A stretch of 64,000 nt of DNA from an uncultured Acidimicrobiaceae bacterium (GTDB lineage: Bacteria; Actinomycetota; Acidimicrobiia; Acidimicrobiales; RAAP-2): positions 9 to 64,008 of the forward strand of contig CAWEVL010000007.1 in assembly GCA_963812525.1 (NCBI GenBank). Reading direction: 5' to 3'. Positions 10,085-18,826 of the stretch are shown here, in pieces. The notes beneath the pieces were generated by a model, which was not told where the DNA came from, ran no database searches, and saw only the letters and a program-made list of their open reading frames with translations. The stretch's first letter is position 1; the number at the start of each line of letters is the position of its first letter. A program made the translations under genes and the position numbers.

Positions 10085-11068
10085 TCAGGCCTCCTCGGTG
10101 GTCGGGGCCAGTGCCGGCTCGGCCAGCTCGGCCGGTGCGGCCGCCGCTGGCGCCTCGGGTGCGGCGGCCGGAGCGGCCGGGGCGGGGAGGTCGCCGGCCG
10201 GGGCGGTGGTCTCGGCGGCCGGGGCCTCGGGGGCGGGGGTTGGTGCCGCGTCCACCACGGCCGGCCCGTCCGCCGCCGGCGGGCCCGTCTCGACAGCGGG
10301 GGCGGCCGGGGGGGGTGGGATCGGCGCAGCCGGTGCCGGGGCTGCGGCGGGCGCCGCGGCCGCCGGCGGGGCCGGGCGCTGCTGGGCGATGAACCGGCCC
10401 TCGACGACGGCGTCGGCGACCACGCGGCACAGCAGGGCGCCGGAGCGGATGGCGTCGTCGTTGCCGGGGATCACGTGGGTGATCACGTCGGGATCGCAGT
10501 TGGTGTCGACCACGGCCACCACGGGCAGGCCGAGCTTGTTGGCCTCGGTGACGGCGATGTGCTCCTTCTTGGTGTCGATCACGAAGATGGCGTCGGGCAG
10601 TTTGTCGAGGCTCCGGATGCCTCCCAGGTTCCGCTGGAGCTTCTCGAGCTCGCGGGTGTGACGGAGGGCCTCCTTCTTGGGCATGGCGTCGAAGTCGCCG
10701 GCCTTCTGCATGGCCTCGAACTCCTTCATCCGCTTGACCCGGGTGGAGACGGTCTGGAAGTTGGTCAGCATCCCGCCCAACCACCGCTCGTTGACGTAGG
10801 GCATCCCGCACGCGTCCGCGTAGATGGCCACGGGGCCCTGGGTCTGCTTCTTGGTGCCCACGAAGAGAATGGTCCCGCCCCCGGCCACCAGGTCACGGAT
10901 GTACCCGTAGGACTCCTCGATGCCCTTCATGGTCTGGCGGAGGTCGATCAGGTAGATCCCGTTCCGCTCCCCGAGGATGAACCGGCGCATCTTGGGGTTC
11001 CAGCGGCGGGTCTGGTGCCCGAAGTGGACGCCCGCGCCCAACAGCTGCTTCATCGTGACGACGGCCAT
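10085..11068 (-). CDS. rpsB: 30S ribosomal protein S2 with a 96-aa Ala/Pro-rich C-terminal tail
   Basis: [25 protein letters not shown] at 11068 with AAGGAG 8 nt upstream. Confidence 0.95.
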   Translation of the reverse strand: MAVVTMKQLLGAGVHFGHQTRRWNPKMRRFILGERNGIYLIDLRQTMKGIEESYGYIRDLVAGGGTILFVGTKKQTQGPVAIYADACGMPYVNERWLGGMLTNFQTVSTRVKRMKEFEAMQKAGDFDAMPKKEALRHTRELEKLQRNLGGIRSLDKLPDAIFVIDTKKEHIAVTEANKLGLPVVAVVDTNCDPDVITHVIPGNDDAIRSGALLCRVVADAVVEGRFIAQQRPAPPAAAAPAAAPAPAAPIPPPPAAPAVETGPPAADGPAVVDAAPTPAPEAPAAETTAPAGDLPAPAAPAAAPEAPAAAAPAELAEPALAPTTEEA

Positions 11069-11202
11069 GTGACTGCTCCTTGTGACGGTTGGTTCTCCCG
11101 GCCACAACACCCCCGGCAAGGGGGGCGACCGTGGACGCGGCCGGGTACGGCTCTGTTACCGCTCGTGCGCCTCGCCGGTTGACGAGGCCCCTCCATGGTA
11201 GT

Positions 11203-11219
11203 GCGCCCACCGCGGGCGC
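11203..11219 (-). terminator. Small GC hairpin (gcgccc-accgc-gggcgc) downstream of whiG
   Basis: 6-bp stem read directly, 36 nt 3' of the whiG stop. Confidence 0.3.
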
Positions 11220-11254
11220 TCCACTCGGCCGGGGCGGGCCGAGCCGCGCCGGCC

Positions 11255-12262
11255 TCAGCCGGTGGCCGAGGTGGGGACCCGTTTGGGGGCCTTGGCCCCG
11301 GTGGCCCCGCTCGGGGCCTTGCCGCCCGCGGCCCCACTCGGGGCCTTGCCGCCCGTGGCCCCACTCGGGGCCTTGGCCCCGGTGGCCTTGTTGTCGGCCG
11401 ACGCCTTGGACCGCCCGGAGGCGCCACCCGGCGCCTTGGACCCGGTGGTCCCCGAGGCGCCCTTGGCCTTCGTCGCCGCCGGCCGGCGACCGGCCGCCTC
11501 GGGGCGATCGGCCAGCTTGGCCCGGAGTTGGAGCACGGCCTTGGTGTGGATCTGGCACACCCGGGACTCGGTGACCCCCAGGATGTCGCCGATCTCGGCC
11601 AGGGTCAGACCTTCGTAGTAGTACAGGGTCAGCACGGTCTTCTCGCGCTCGGCCATCTGGCTGACCGCCTGGATCAGGGCCTCCTTGGTCTCCTTCACCT
11701 CGAACGTGTCCATGGGGCCGGCCGTGCTGTCGGGCAGGGTCTCCCCCAGGGTGGAGCGGTCGGACCGGTCCCCGCCGCGGAACACCTCGTCGAGGGCGAC
11801 CACCCCGACGAAGGAGATCTTGCGCAGGGCGGTCTGGAACTCGGCGTCGGTCATCTCCAGGTCGGCGGCCACCTCGGCGTCGGTCGGCGTCCGGTGCAAC
11901 GTGGCCTCGAGCTTGGAGTAGGACTGCTCAACGGCCCGGGCCTTGGCCCGGACCGACCTCGGCACCCAGTCGATCGAGCGCAGCTCGTCGATGATGGCGC
12001 CCTTGATCCGGGGGATGGCGTAGGTCTCGAACTTGATGTTGCGCAGCGGCTCGAAGCGCTCGATGGCGTCGATCAGTCCGATGATCCCGTAGCTGGCCAG
12101 GTCGGCCTCGTCCACATGGCGGGGCAGCCCCACCGACACCCGGCCGGCCACGTACTTGACCACCGGGGCGTAGTGCACGATCAGCTGGTCCCGCAGGGCG
12201 CGGTTCCCCGTCTTCTTGTACTCGGCCCACAGCCCGTCGATGCCGTGTCCCGCCGTGTCCAT
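11255..12262 (-). CDS. whiG: FliA/WhiG-family RNA polymerase sigma factor with a basic repetitive C-terminal tail
   Basis: Regions 2 through 4.2 are present (IIGLIDAIERF..., LTLYYYEGLTLAEIGDILGVTESRVCQIHTKA). It sits between xerC and rpsB, as whiG does in Streptomyces. ATG at 12262; the track ORF starts at a TTG at 12274. Confidence 0.85.
   Translation of the reverse strand: MDTAGHGIDGLWAEYKKTGNRALRDQLIVHYAPVVKYVAGRVSVGLPRHVDEADLASYGIIGLIDAIERFEPLRNIKFETYAIPRIKGAIIDELRSIDWVPRSVRAKARAVEQSYSKLEATLHRTPTDAEVAADLEMTDAEFQTALRKISFVGVVALDEVFRGGDRSDRSTLGETLPDSTAGPMDTFEVKETKEALIQAVSQMAEREKTVLTLYYYEGLTLAEIGDILGVTESRVCQIHTKAVLQLRAKLADRPEAAGRRPAATKAKGASGTTGSKAPGGASGRSKASADNKATGAKAPSGATGGKAPSGAAGGKAPSGATGAKAPKRVPTSATG
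11286..11393 (-). repeat. Four tandem copies of a 27-nt coding repeat encoding (G/A)KAPSGA(T/A)G in the sigma-factor tail
   Basis: Units ggggccttggccccggtggccccgctc / ggggccttgccgcccgcggccccactc / ggggccttgccgcccgtggccccactc / a partial fourth unit, read directly. Confidence 0.85.
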
Positions 12263-12282
12263 TTTCGTAGCCAATTGTCCCC

Positions 12283-13164
12283 TTAGGCCCGTGGATGGGT
12301 GCCCGAATACACGGTAAGCAGCCGCTCCTTGCTTACATGAGTGTAGACCTGTGTGGTCTGGAGGCTGGCGTGACCCAGCAGCTCCTGCACCACCCGGAGG
12401 TCGGCGCCACCGTCGAGCAGGTGGGTGGCGAAGCTGTGGCGGAGTGCGTGGGGATGGGTCGGGACCGGCGAGCGGCGGTCGAGCAGCCGTCGCACGTCCC
12501 GGGGGCCCAACCGACTCCCCCGGCGGTTGTAGAACAGGGCCTCAGCTGGGCTTTCCGGACCGGCCATGGCCGTCCGGGGCCCCTCGAGCCAGGCCTCGAG
12601 CACGGCGGCGCAGCGATCATGGATCAGCACCTGACGCTGCTTTGCCCCCTTGCCGGTCACGGTGACCACCCGGCGGACCAGGTCCAGATCGCCGACGTCC
12701 AGCCCGCAGAGCTCGGCCACCCGCAGGCCGCTCCCGTAGAGCAGCTCCAGCACGGCGTCGTCCCGGCGGTCGACCTCGTCGGGCTGACCGGGGTCCGGGC
12801 CCGGCGCCGGCTCCAGCAGCTGGTCCAGCTCCGCATGGCCGAGCACGCGGGGCAGACGGGAGTCGGGGGCGGGGGCGGACAGGCGGGCGGAGGGGTCGGC
12901 CCCGACCAGGCCCCGCTTGGCGCACCACTGGAAGTACGAGCGGAGGGAGGCCGCCGTCCGGGCGATGGTGGCCTTGGAGTACCGCCGGGTGGAGAGGAAG
13001 GCCAGGTAGCGCCGCAGAACGATCCGGTCGACACCGGCCGGGCCCTCGGCCCCGCCCCGGGAGGCCCATTCGGCGAACCGGTCGACGTCGGTCGAGTAGG
13101 CCCGTACCGAGGCCGGCGACAGTCCGCCCACCGAGCGGCGGTAGGCATCGATCTCCCAGGGCAC
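12283..13164 (-). CDS. xerC: Tyrosine recombinase XerC/XerD family
   Basis: C-terminal HPHALRHSFATHLL...LGHASLQTTQVYTHV catalytic motifs, in a housekeeping context. Confidence 0.9.
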   Translation of the reverse strand: MPWEIDAYRRSVGGLSPASVRAYSTDVDRFAEWASRGGAEGPAGVDRIVLRRYLAFLSTRRYSKATIARTAASLRSYFQWCAKRGLVGADPSARLSAPAPDSRLPRVLGHAELDQLLEPAPGPDPGQPDEVDRRDDAVLELLYGSGLRVAELCGLDVGDLDLVRRVVTVTGKGAKQRQVLIHDRCAAVLEAWLEGPRTAMAGPESPAEALFYNRRGSRLGPRDVRRLLDRRSPVPTHPHALRHSFATHLLDGGADLRVVQELLGHASLQTTQVYTHVSKERLLTVYSGTHPRA

Positions 13165-13405
13165 GGGAAGACAGTACCGGCCGGGCGCCGATCCGTCGGG
13201 TACCCCCGGGTCCCGACCCTCGCCCGGGCCCCTCGAGTGGCGGGGGGACCGTCCCCCACCCGGCGGGCCCGAGGGCTATCGTCAGGGCAGCACGTCGCCG
13301 GACCCGACGGTTACCGGAGGGTCACCAACAGTGTCCGGAATCGGGTGCGAGGGCAATTGGCGAGGCCGGAAGCACACCGATCCGGTCCTTGTCGCAAGGG
13401 GGAAC

Positions 13406-15100
13406 ATGACCGATCGCATCGACCGCCGCTCGTTTCTGGCCCGGGGTGCCGCCACCGGCGCCGGCGTCGCCGTCGTCGGCGCTTCGGGTGGCCTGTTGGC
13501 CGCCTGCAGCTCCGGGTCGAGCTCCGACTCGACCTCGTCCTCGGACTCGTCCGGCACTGGCGGCCACCCCGACGGGGTGTCGACGGCCCCGCCCAAGAAG
13601 GGCGGCGCGCTGGTCTTCGGGGTCGACGCCGAGGAGAAGGGGTTCTCGACCACCCAGGGCACGTTCGACGAGGTCGGGATCATGTACGCCCGCACCGTGT
13701 TCGACCCGCTCATGATCCTCAGCGCGTCGGGGACCCCGCAGCCCTACCTGGCCGCGTCGGTCACCCCGAACAGCGACTACACGGTGTGGACCATCACCAT
13801 GCGACCCAACCTGGTGTTTCACAACGGCGCCCCGTGCGACGCCGCCGCGGTGGCGGCCAACTTCAACGCCCAGAAGGCCTCCGCCCTCACCGGCCCGGCC
13901 CTGGTCACCGTGCAGAGCATCACCGTGACCAGCGCCCTGGTGGTGACGGTGACCATGAAGTCGCCGTGGGTGCCCTTCGACTACTACCTGACCGGCGGGA
14001 TCGGTGGCCAGTTCGCCTTCATCGCCGAGCCGAATTGGCTGGCCAGCGGCAGCCAGACCAACCCGGTGGGGACCGGGCCGTTCGTCTTCGAGTCGTGGAA
14101 CCCGAACGACCACTTCACCGCCACCCGGAACCCCCACTACTGGCGGTCGGGATTCCCCTACCTCGACTCCATCACCTACAAGCCGATCACCGACACCGAA
14201 CAGATCCTGACCAGCCTGACCTCGGGCGCCATCGACATCATGCACTCCGACACTCCCGACGTGATCACCCAACTCCGGAACGACACCTCCCTGGCCTACA
14301 TCGACGACACGAAGAACGTGGCCGGCGAGCCGGACATGGGGTGCATCCTCCTCAACCTGTCCAAGGCGCCCTTCGACAACCTCAAGCTACGCCAGGCCAC
14401 GGCCTACGCCGTCAGCTCGCCCCAGTACGTGGAGGTCATCACCAAGGAGGTGAACGGCACCTCCAACGGTCCCTTCGTATCCGGGTCCCCGTACTTCGTG
14501 GCCGACAACAACTATCCCGAGTCCAACGTGTCCAAGGCCACGTCCCTGGTCAAGCAGGTGGCCCAGGAGACCGGACAGCCGGTGGCCATCACCCTCAACC
14601 ACGTCCCCGACGCCAACACCACCCGCATCGCCGAGTACCTCCAGCAGCAGCTGCAGACGGTGGGCATGAAGGTCACCCTGGCCCCCGTCCAGCAGGCCGA
14701 CATCATCAACACCGCCCTACTCGGATCGTTCGAGGCCCAGGTGTGGCGGCAGTTCGGGGCCGTCGACCCGGACCTCAACTACATCTTCTGGAGCCCCACC
14801 AACGCCAGCACCCCGGTGTTCGCCATCAACATGGCCCGCAACACCGACCCCGACATGGAGACGGCCCTGCTCAAGGGGCGCCAGTCCCCGGCCCAGTCCG
14901 ACCGGATCGCCGCCTACCAGGAGGTCAGCAAGCTGCTGGGCCGGGACATCCCCTACGTGTGGACCGATCGAAGCACCTGGGCCGTGGCCGCCCACGCCAA
15001 GGTGCAGAACTTCGCCAACCCGTCCACCCCGGCCGGGGGCAAGGCCTTTCCCTTGATCGGGGGGTCGATCTGGCCCACCCAGATCTGGCTCAACTCCTGA
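13406..15100 (+). CDS. ABC transporter substrate-binding lipoprotein (family 5, peptide/nickel type) with a Tat-type signal
   Basis: RRSFLARGAATGAG twin-arginine motif plus LLAAC lipobox. ATG at 13406 with AAGGGGGA upstream. No permease or ATPase gene is adjacent. Confidence 0.85.
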   Translation: MTDRIDRRSFLARGAATGAGVAVVGASGGLLAACSSGSSSDSTSSSDSSGTGGHPDGVSTAPPKKGGALVFGVDAEEKGFSTTQGTFDEVGIMYARTVFDPLMILSASGTPQPYLAASVTPNSDYTVWTITMRPNLVFHNGAPCDAAAVAANFNAQKASALTGPALVTVQSITVTSALVVTVTMKSPWVPFDYYLTGGIGGQFAFIAEPNWLASGSQTNPVGTGPFVFESWNPNDHFTATRNPHYWRSGFPYLDSITYKPITDTEQILTSLTSGAIDIMHSDTPDVITQLRNDTSLAYIDDTKNVAGEPDMGCILLNLSKAPFDNLKLRQATAYAVSSPQYVEVITKEVNGTSNGPFVSGSPYFVADNNYPESNVSKATSLVKQVAQETGQPVAITLNHVPDANTTRIAEYLQQQLQTVGMKVTLAPVQQADIINTALLGSFEAQVWRQFGAVDPDLNYIFWSPTNASTPVFAINMARNTDPDMETALLKGRQSPAQSDRIAAYQEVSKLLGRDIPYVWTDRSTWAVAAHAKVQNFANPSTPAGGKAFPLIGGSIWPTQIWLNS

Positions 15101-15155
15101 GCCGGCACGATCCCCCTGCTCCCGGTGGGTGGGGTGGCCGTGTCATGATCGGAGC

Positions 15156-15833
15156 ATGAGCCGCATCCTGATCGTCGAGGACGACGAGCGGATCCGCTCC
15201 TCCATGCGCCTGGCGCTGGAGGACGAGGGGTACTCGGTGGAGGACGTGGCCAGCGGCGAGGAGGCGATCGGGCGCTTCGCCGAGGAGCCCTCCGAGCTGG
15301 TGCTGATCGACCTCATGCTGCCGGGCATCGACGGGTTCGAGGCCTGCCGGACGCTCCGTCAGCAGAGCACCGTCCCCATCATCATGGTCACGGCCCGGTC
15401 CGACACCCATGACGTGGTGGCCGGGCTGGAGGCCGGGGCCGACGACTACGTGACCAAGCCGTTCGTGGCCAAGGAGCTGGCGGCCCGGATCCGCGCCCTG
15501 CTGCGCCGGTCCCGGCCCGATGTTGCCGGGGGCTCGGCGCTCAGCTTCGGTGACGTCCAGATCGAGCCGGAGGCCGGGGTGGTGCGCCGGGGCGGGGCGG
15601 AGGTCCACTGCACGCGGACCGAGTTCCGGCTGCTGTGCGAGCTGGCCGACCACCCGGGGAAGGTCCTGAGCCGCGAGCACCTGCTCGAGCAGGTGTGGGG
15701 CTATGACTACTTCGGGGACGGGCGCCTCGTCGACGTCCACGTCCGGCGGCTCCGCACCAAGGTCGAGCCCGACCCGGCCAATCCCCGTTTCATCCTCACG
15801 GTCCGGGGCATGGGCTACAAGCTGGCGGTCTGA
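15156..15833 (+). CDS. mtrA: OmpR-family response regulator, MtrA-like
   Basis: Receiver domain (ILIVEDD...DLMLPGIDG...KPF) plus a winged-helix output. It is followed by a kinase and a GerMN lipoprotein, as in mtrAB-lpqB. Confidence 0.8.
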   Translation: MSRILIVEDDERIRSSMRLALEDEGYSVEDVASGEEAIGRFAEEPSELVLIDLMLPGIDGFEACRTLRQQSTVPIIMVTARSDTHDVVAGLEAGADDYVTKPFVAKELAARIRALLRRSRPDVAGGSALSFGDVQIEPEAGVVRRGGAEVHCTRTEFRLLCELADHPGKVLSREHLLEQVWGYDYFGDGRLVDVHVRRLRTKVEPDPANPRFILTVRGMGYKLAV

Positions 15834-15836
15834 CCC

Positions 15837-17381
15837 GTGCTCCCGGCCGACGCACCCGCCAGGCCGGACGACCCCAGCTCGTCCTCGGGGGGCCAGCCCA
15901 TGGCCCTGGAGGCCCCGACCACCCGGGGCCACCGCACCCGGCTGTCGCGCAACCTCGGCCTGCGGGCCCGGGTGACCGCCACCTTCGCCATCGGGGCCTT
16001 CGCCCTGTCCACCGTGATGGCGGGCATCACCTACTTCGCCGCCCGACAGAGCTTCCTCAGTGAGCGGCAGGGGGCCGACCAGCGCCAGGCGTTCGCCAAC
16101 GCCTCGCTCATCCGCAATGCCCTGCGCTCGTCGGGGACCCAGGTCGACCAGCTGATCGGCTCGGTGGACACCCTGCCTGGCTCCCTGTCCGTGCTCCACG
16201 CCCGGGGGAAGTGGTACGAGACCTCGATCCCCGTCGGCCAGAGCGCCATCCCGGCCGAGCTCCGCCGGATGGTGCTCCACGGGACCCCGGCCTCACAGTT
16301 CTTCTCGCTGGGGGACAGCCCCCAGATCGTGGTCGGCGTGCCCCTTCCGTCCGAGCAGGCCGCCTACTTCGAAGTGTTCTCCCTGGACGAGCTGGCCAGC
16401 ACGCTCCGGACCCTGGCTTTCGCCCTGGCTGCCGCGGCCCTGGTCACCACGCTGGCTGGGGCCGCACTGGGGCGCTGGGCCAGTGGGCGGGCCCTGCGCC
16501 CGCTGGCCGGGGTCACCGAAGCCGCGGTGGCCATCGCCGGCGGTCAGCTGGACACCCGGGTCGAAGCCGGCGACGACGTCGATCTCCAGGAGCTGGCCTC
16601 GGCGTTCAACCGGATGACGGCCAACCTCCAGGAGCGGATCGAGCGCGAGGCCCGGTTCACCTCCGACGTGAGCCACGAGCTCCGCTCCCCCTTGACCACC
16701 CTGTCGGCCACCGTCGGGGTGCTCGAGGGACACCGTGAAGAGCTGAGCCCTCGGGCCCGGAGCGCCCTCGACCTCCTCGACGGGGACCTCAAGCGGTTCA
16801 CCCGGATGGTGGACGACCTGCTCGAGATCTCGCGGTTCGACGCCGGCTCCGCCGAGCTCTCGTTGGACGAGGTGGACCCCGGGGAGCTGGTCCGTCGGGC
16901 CGTCGGCGCGTCCTCCCCGATCGGGGAGGACGGCCACCGGGCGCCCGTGGTGTTCCCGGTCGAGGTGGAGCCGGGGGTCGAGGGCCTGCGCCTCCGGGTG
17001 GACAAACGCCGCTTCGAGCGGGTGATGGCCAACCTGGTGGAGAACGCCTCGCTGTACGCCGGCGGCGTCACCCGGGTGGTGGTGGCCCGGTACCCGGCCG
17101 ACCCCGACGTCCCGGCCCGGAGCATCCGGGTCAACGTGGAGGACCAGGGGCCGGGAGTGCCCCCGCCCGACCGTCACCACCTTTTCGAGCGCTTCTACCG
17201 CGGCAGCCGCGCCGGGCGGCGGGAGTCGAGCGACGGCACGGGGCTCGGGCTGTCCCTGGTGGCCGAGCACGTACGCCTCCACGGCGGAGCCGTCTGGATC
17301 GAGGACACCCCGGTCCGGGGGTCGCGCTTCGTGATCGAACTGCCGTTGCAGCCGGTCGGGTCCGGGCGGAGCCCCACGTGA
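15837..17381 (+). CDS. mtrB: Sensor histidine kinase, MtrB-like (2 TM, HAMP, HisKA, HATPase)
   Basis: H-box FTSDVSHELRSPLTT and G-box GTGLGLS. The start is uncertain (GTG at 15837 or ATG at 15900). Confidence 0.8.
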   Translation: MLPADAPARPDDPSSSSGGQPMALEAPTTRGHRTRLSRNLGLRARVTATFAIGAFALSTVMAGITYFAARQSFLSERQGADQRQAFANASLIRNALRSSGTQVDQLIGSVDTLPGSLSVLHARGKWYETSIPVGQSAIPAELRRMVLHGTPASQFFSLGDSPQIVVGVPLPSEQAAYFEVFSLDELASTLRTLAFALAAAALVTTLAGAALGRWASGRALRPLAGVTEAAVAIAGGQLDTRVEAGDDVDLQELASAFNRMTANLQERIEREARFTSDVSHELRSPLTTLSATVGVLEGHREELSPRARSALDLLDGDLKRFTRMVDDLLEISRFDAGSAELSLDEVDPGELVRRAVGASSPIGEDGHRAPVVFPVEVEPGVEGLRLRVDKRRFERVMANLVENASLYAGGVTRVVVARYPADPDVPARSIRVNVEDQGPGVPPPDRHHLFERFYRGSRAGRRESSDGTGLGLSLVAEHVRLHGGAVWIEDTPVRGSRFVIELPLQPVGSGRSPT

Positions 17382-17995
17382 CCGGCCGGACCCGGCACCC
17401 CGTGCTGGCCGGGATCGTGCTCCTGGCCCTGGCCGGGCTCGGCACGGCCTGCGGGATCCCCACCGGAGGACCGACGGCCATCGGCAAGAACAACGTTCCG
17501 TTCCACCTGCTCAGTCCGGCCAGCCCCACCACCGGGGGCTCGACGGTGCCGCCGGCCGTGGCCGTCCCCGAGCCCATCTTCCTGGTGGCGGTGTCGACCC
17601 AGACGGTGGCGCCGGTGACCCGGGACATCACGGTCCCGAGCACGCTGAACGCCACCCTCACCGAGGTGTTGACCGCCCTGCTCGAGGGCCCCACCGCCGC
17701 CGAGTCGGCCACCGGGCTCCAGAGCTACCTCACGCCGGGCAAGACCCGGGTGTCGGCCAGGGTCAGCGCCGGGATCGCCACCGTGGACTTCTCCACCAAC
17801 CCCATCCAGGTGGTGGGGGCCAACCAGACCCTGGCCATCGCCCAGGTGGTCTACACCGCCACCCAGCAGCCCGGGGTCACCGGGGTGCTGTTCGAGATCG
17901 CCGGCGAGCCCATCGAGGTGCCCACGGCCAGCGGGGACACCGTCACCGGACCGGTGGATCGCAGCTCCTACCAGACCCAGGCACCAGCTCCCTGA
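17378..17995 (+). CDS. Short LpqB-like lipoprotein consisting only of a GerMN-type domain
   Basis: The GTG start overlaps the mtrB stop (GTGA). Lipobox LGTAC is present. The LTEVLTALLEGPT...VDFS...AQVVYT pattern matches GerMN. The protein is 205 aa. Confidence 0.65.
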   Translation: MTGRTRHPVLAGIVLLALAGLGTACGIPTGGPTAIGKNNVPFHLLSPASPTTGGSTVPPAVAVPEPIFLVAVSTQTVAPVTRDITVPSTLNATLTEVLTALLEGPTAAESATGLQSYLTPGKTRVSARVSAGIATVDFSTNPIQVVGANQTLAIAQVVYTATQQPGVTGVLFEIAGEPIEVPTASGDTVTGPVDRSSYQTQAPAP

Positions 17996-18014
17996 GCCCG
18001 GCCGCGACCCGGGA

Positions 18015-18416
18015 TCAGGGGCGTGAGCCCCCCGACCAGGCCACCCGGGGAGCGTCGGCCCACAGGTGCTCGAGGTCGTAGAACTCCCGAGCCTCGTCGA
18101 GGAAGACGTGCACGAGGAAGTCCCCGTAGTCCATCAGTACCCACCGGGCGTCGTCGAGCCCCTCCACCCGCACCGGTTTCCGACCGGCCACCGCACCCAC
18201 CTGGCGTTCCACTTCGTCGACGATGGTCTTCACCTGTCGAGCGTTGCGACCACTGGTGATCACGAAGGCATCGGTGAGACCGAGGAGCTCGCCCATGGCC
18301 AGGACGGCAGTCTCCTCCCCCGACTTCGCCTCCGCGGCGCGCGCGGCCACGATGGACTCGTCGGGGACGGTCTGATCGTCGAGGCCGACGACGGGTGCGG
18401 GACTGAGTGATGTCAA
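18015..18416 (-). CDS. rsfS: Ribosome silencing factor RsfS (Iojap family)
   Basis: FVITSGRNARQVKTIVDEV...WVLMDYGDFLVHVF. Confidence 0.9.
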   Translation of the reverse strand: MTSLSPAPVVGLDDQTVPDESIVAARAAEAKSGEETAVLAMGELLGLTDAFVITSGRNARQVKTIVDEVERQVGAVAGRKPVRVEGLDDARWVLMDYGDFLVHVFLDEAREFYDLEHLWADAPRVAWSGGSRP

Positions 18417-18826
18417 CGGTTGCCTCCTTCTGACGCCGGGGCGTCACGGGTCTGGCGGACGGGGATGGTGGTCGACTGGGTGGGGACGGCGGGCCCGAGG
18501 GCGACCGGCACCGACCGGGGCACGAGGTCGAGCCCGGAAGGGCGGTTGCGGGCCATGTTGACGATCAGGATAGTGAGTACCAGGCACACGGCGACCACGA
18601 GGCCGCAGGCGACGGCCAGGCGCCGCCGGGTCCGACGGGCGGACCGCTGGGCTCTCCGGTCCACCGGCGACACCGGCCCGGGTACGGCGGCCGCCTCGGC
18701 CGGGTCGGCACCGGGCACCGGGGAGGCCGGCCGGCCATCGCTGCCCAGGTCCTGCTCAGGGACCGGGTACGGCTGCCTCGACCGTCTGGGGTACCCGGAC
18801 TTGGTCTGCGTCGGCCGCACGCTCAT
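18413..18826 (-). CDS. Hypothetical single-pass membrane protein (137 aa) between nadD and rsfS
   Basis: The ATG overlaps the nadD stop (ATGA) and the stop overlaps the rsfS TTG start. It has one hydrophobic helix (LAVACGLVVAVCLVLTILIV) after a basic stretch. It is the C-terminal part of track ORF 18413..19492. Confidence 0.5.
   Translation of the reverse strand: MSVRPTQTKSGYPRRSRQPYPVPEQDLGSDGRPASPVPGADPAEAAAVPGPVSPVDRRAQRSARRTRRRLAVACGLVVAVCLVLTILIVNMARNRPSGLDLVPRSVPVALGPAVPTQSTTIPVRQTRDAPASEGGNR

Noticed and set aside
12283-13164. Tyrosine recombinase as a possible phage or ICE integrase marking a mobile element.
   Set aside because: It has the XerC/XerD-type C-terminal motifs and sits in the conserved whiG/rpsB housekeeping context. 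There is no adjacent tRNA, direct repeat or phage-like gene.
12295-15159. 954-aa plus-strand ORF. The same issue applies to other very long ORFs, such as 1698..3191(+), 3538..5778(+), 19630..21660(-), 23571..26132(+), 49558..52392(+) and 49868..52306(-).
   Set aside because: All lie antisense to or out of frame with genes that have clear homology. Their translations are Arg/Gly/Pro/His-rich with no recognisable motifs. Stop-free alternative frames are expected at about 70% GC.
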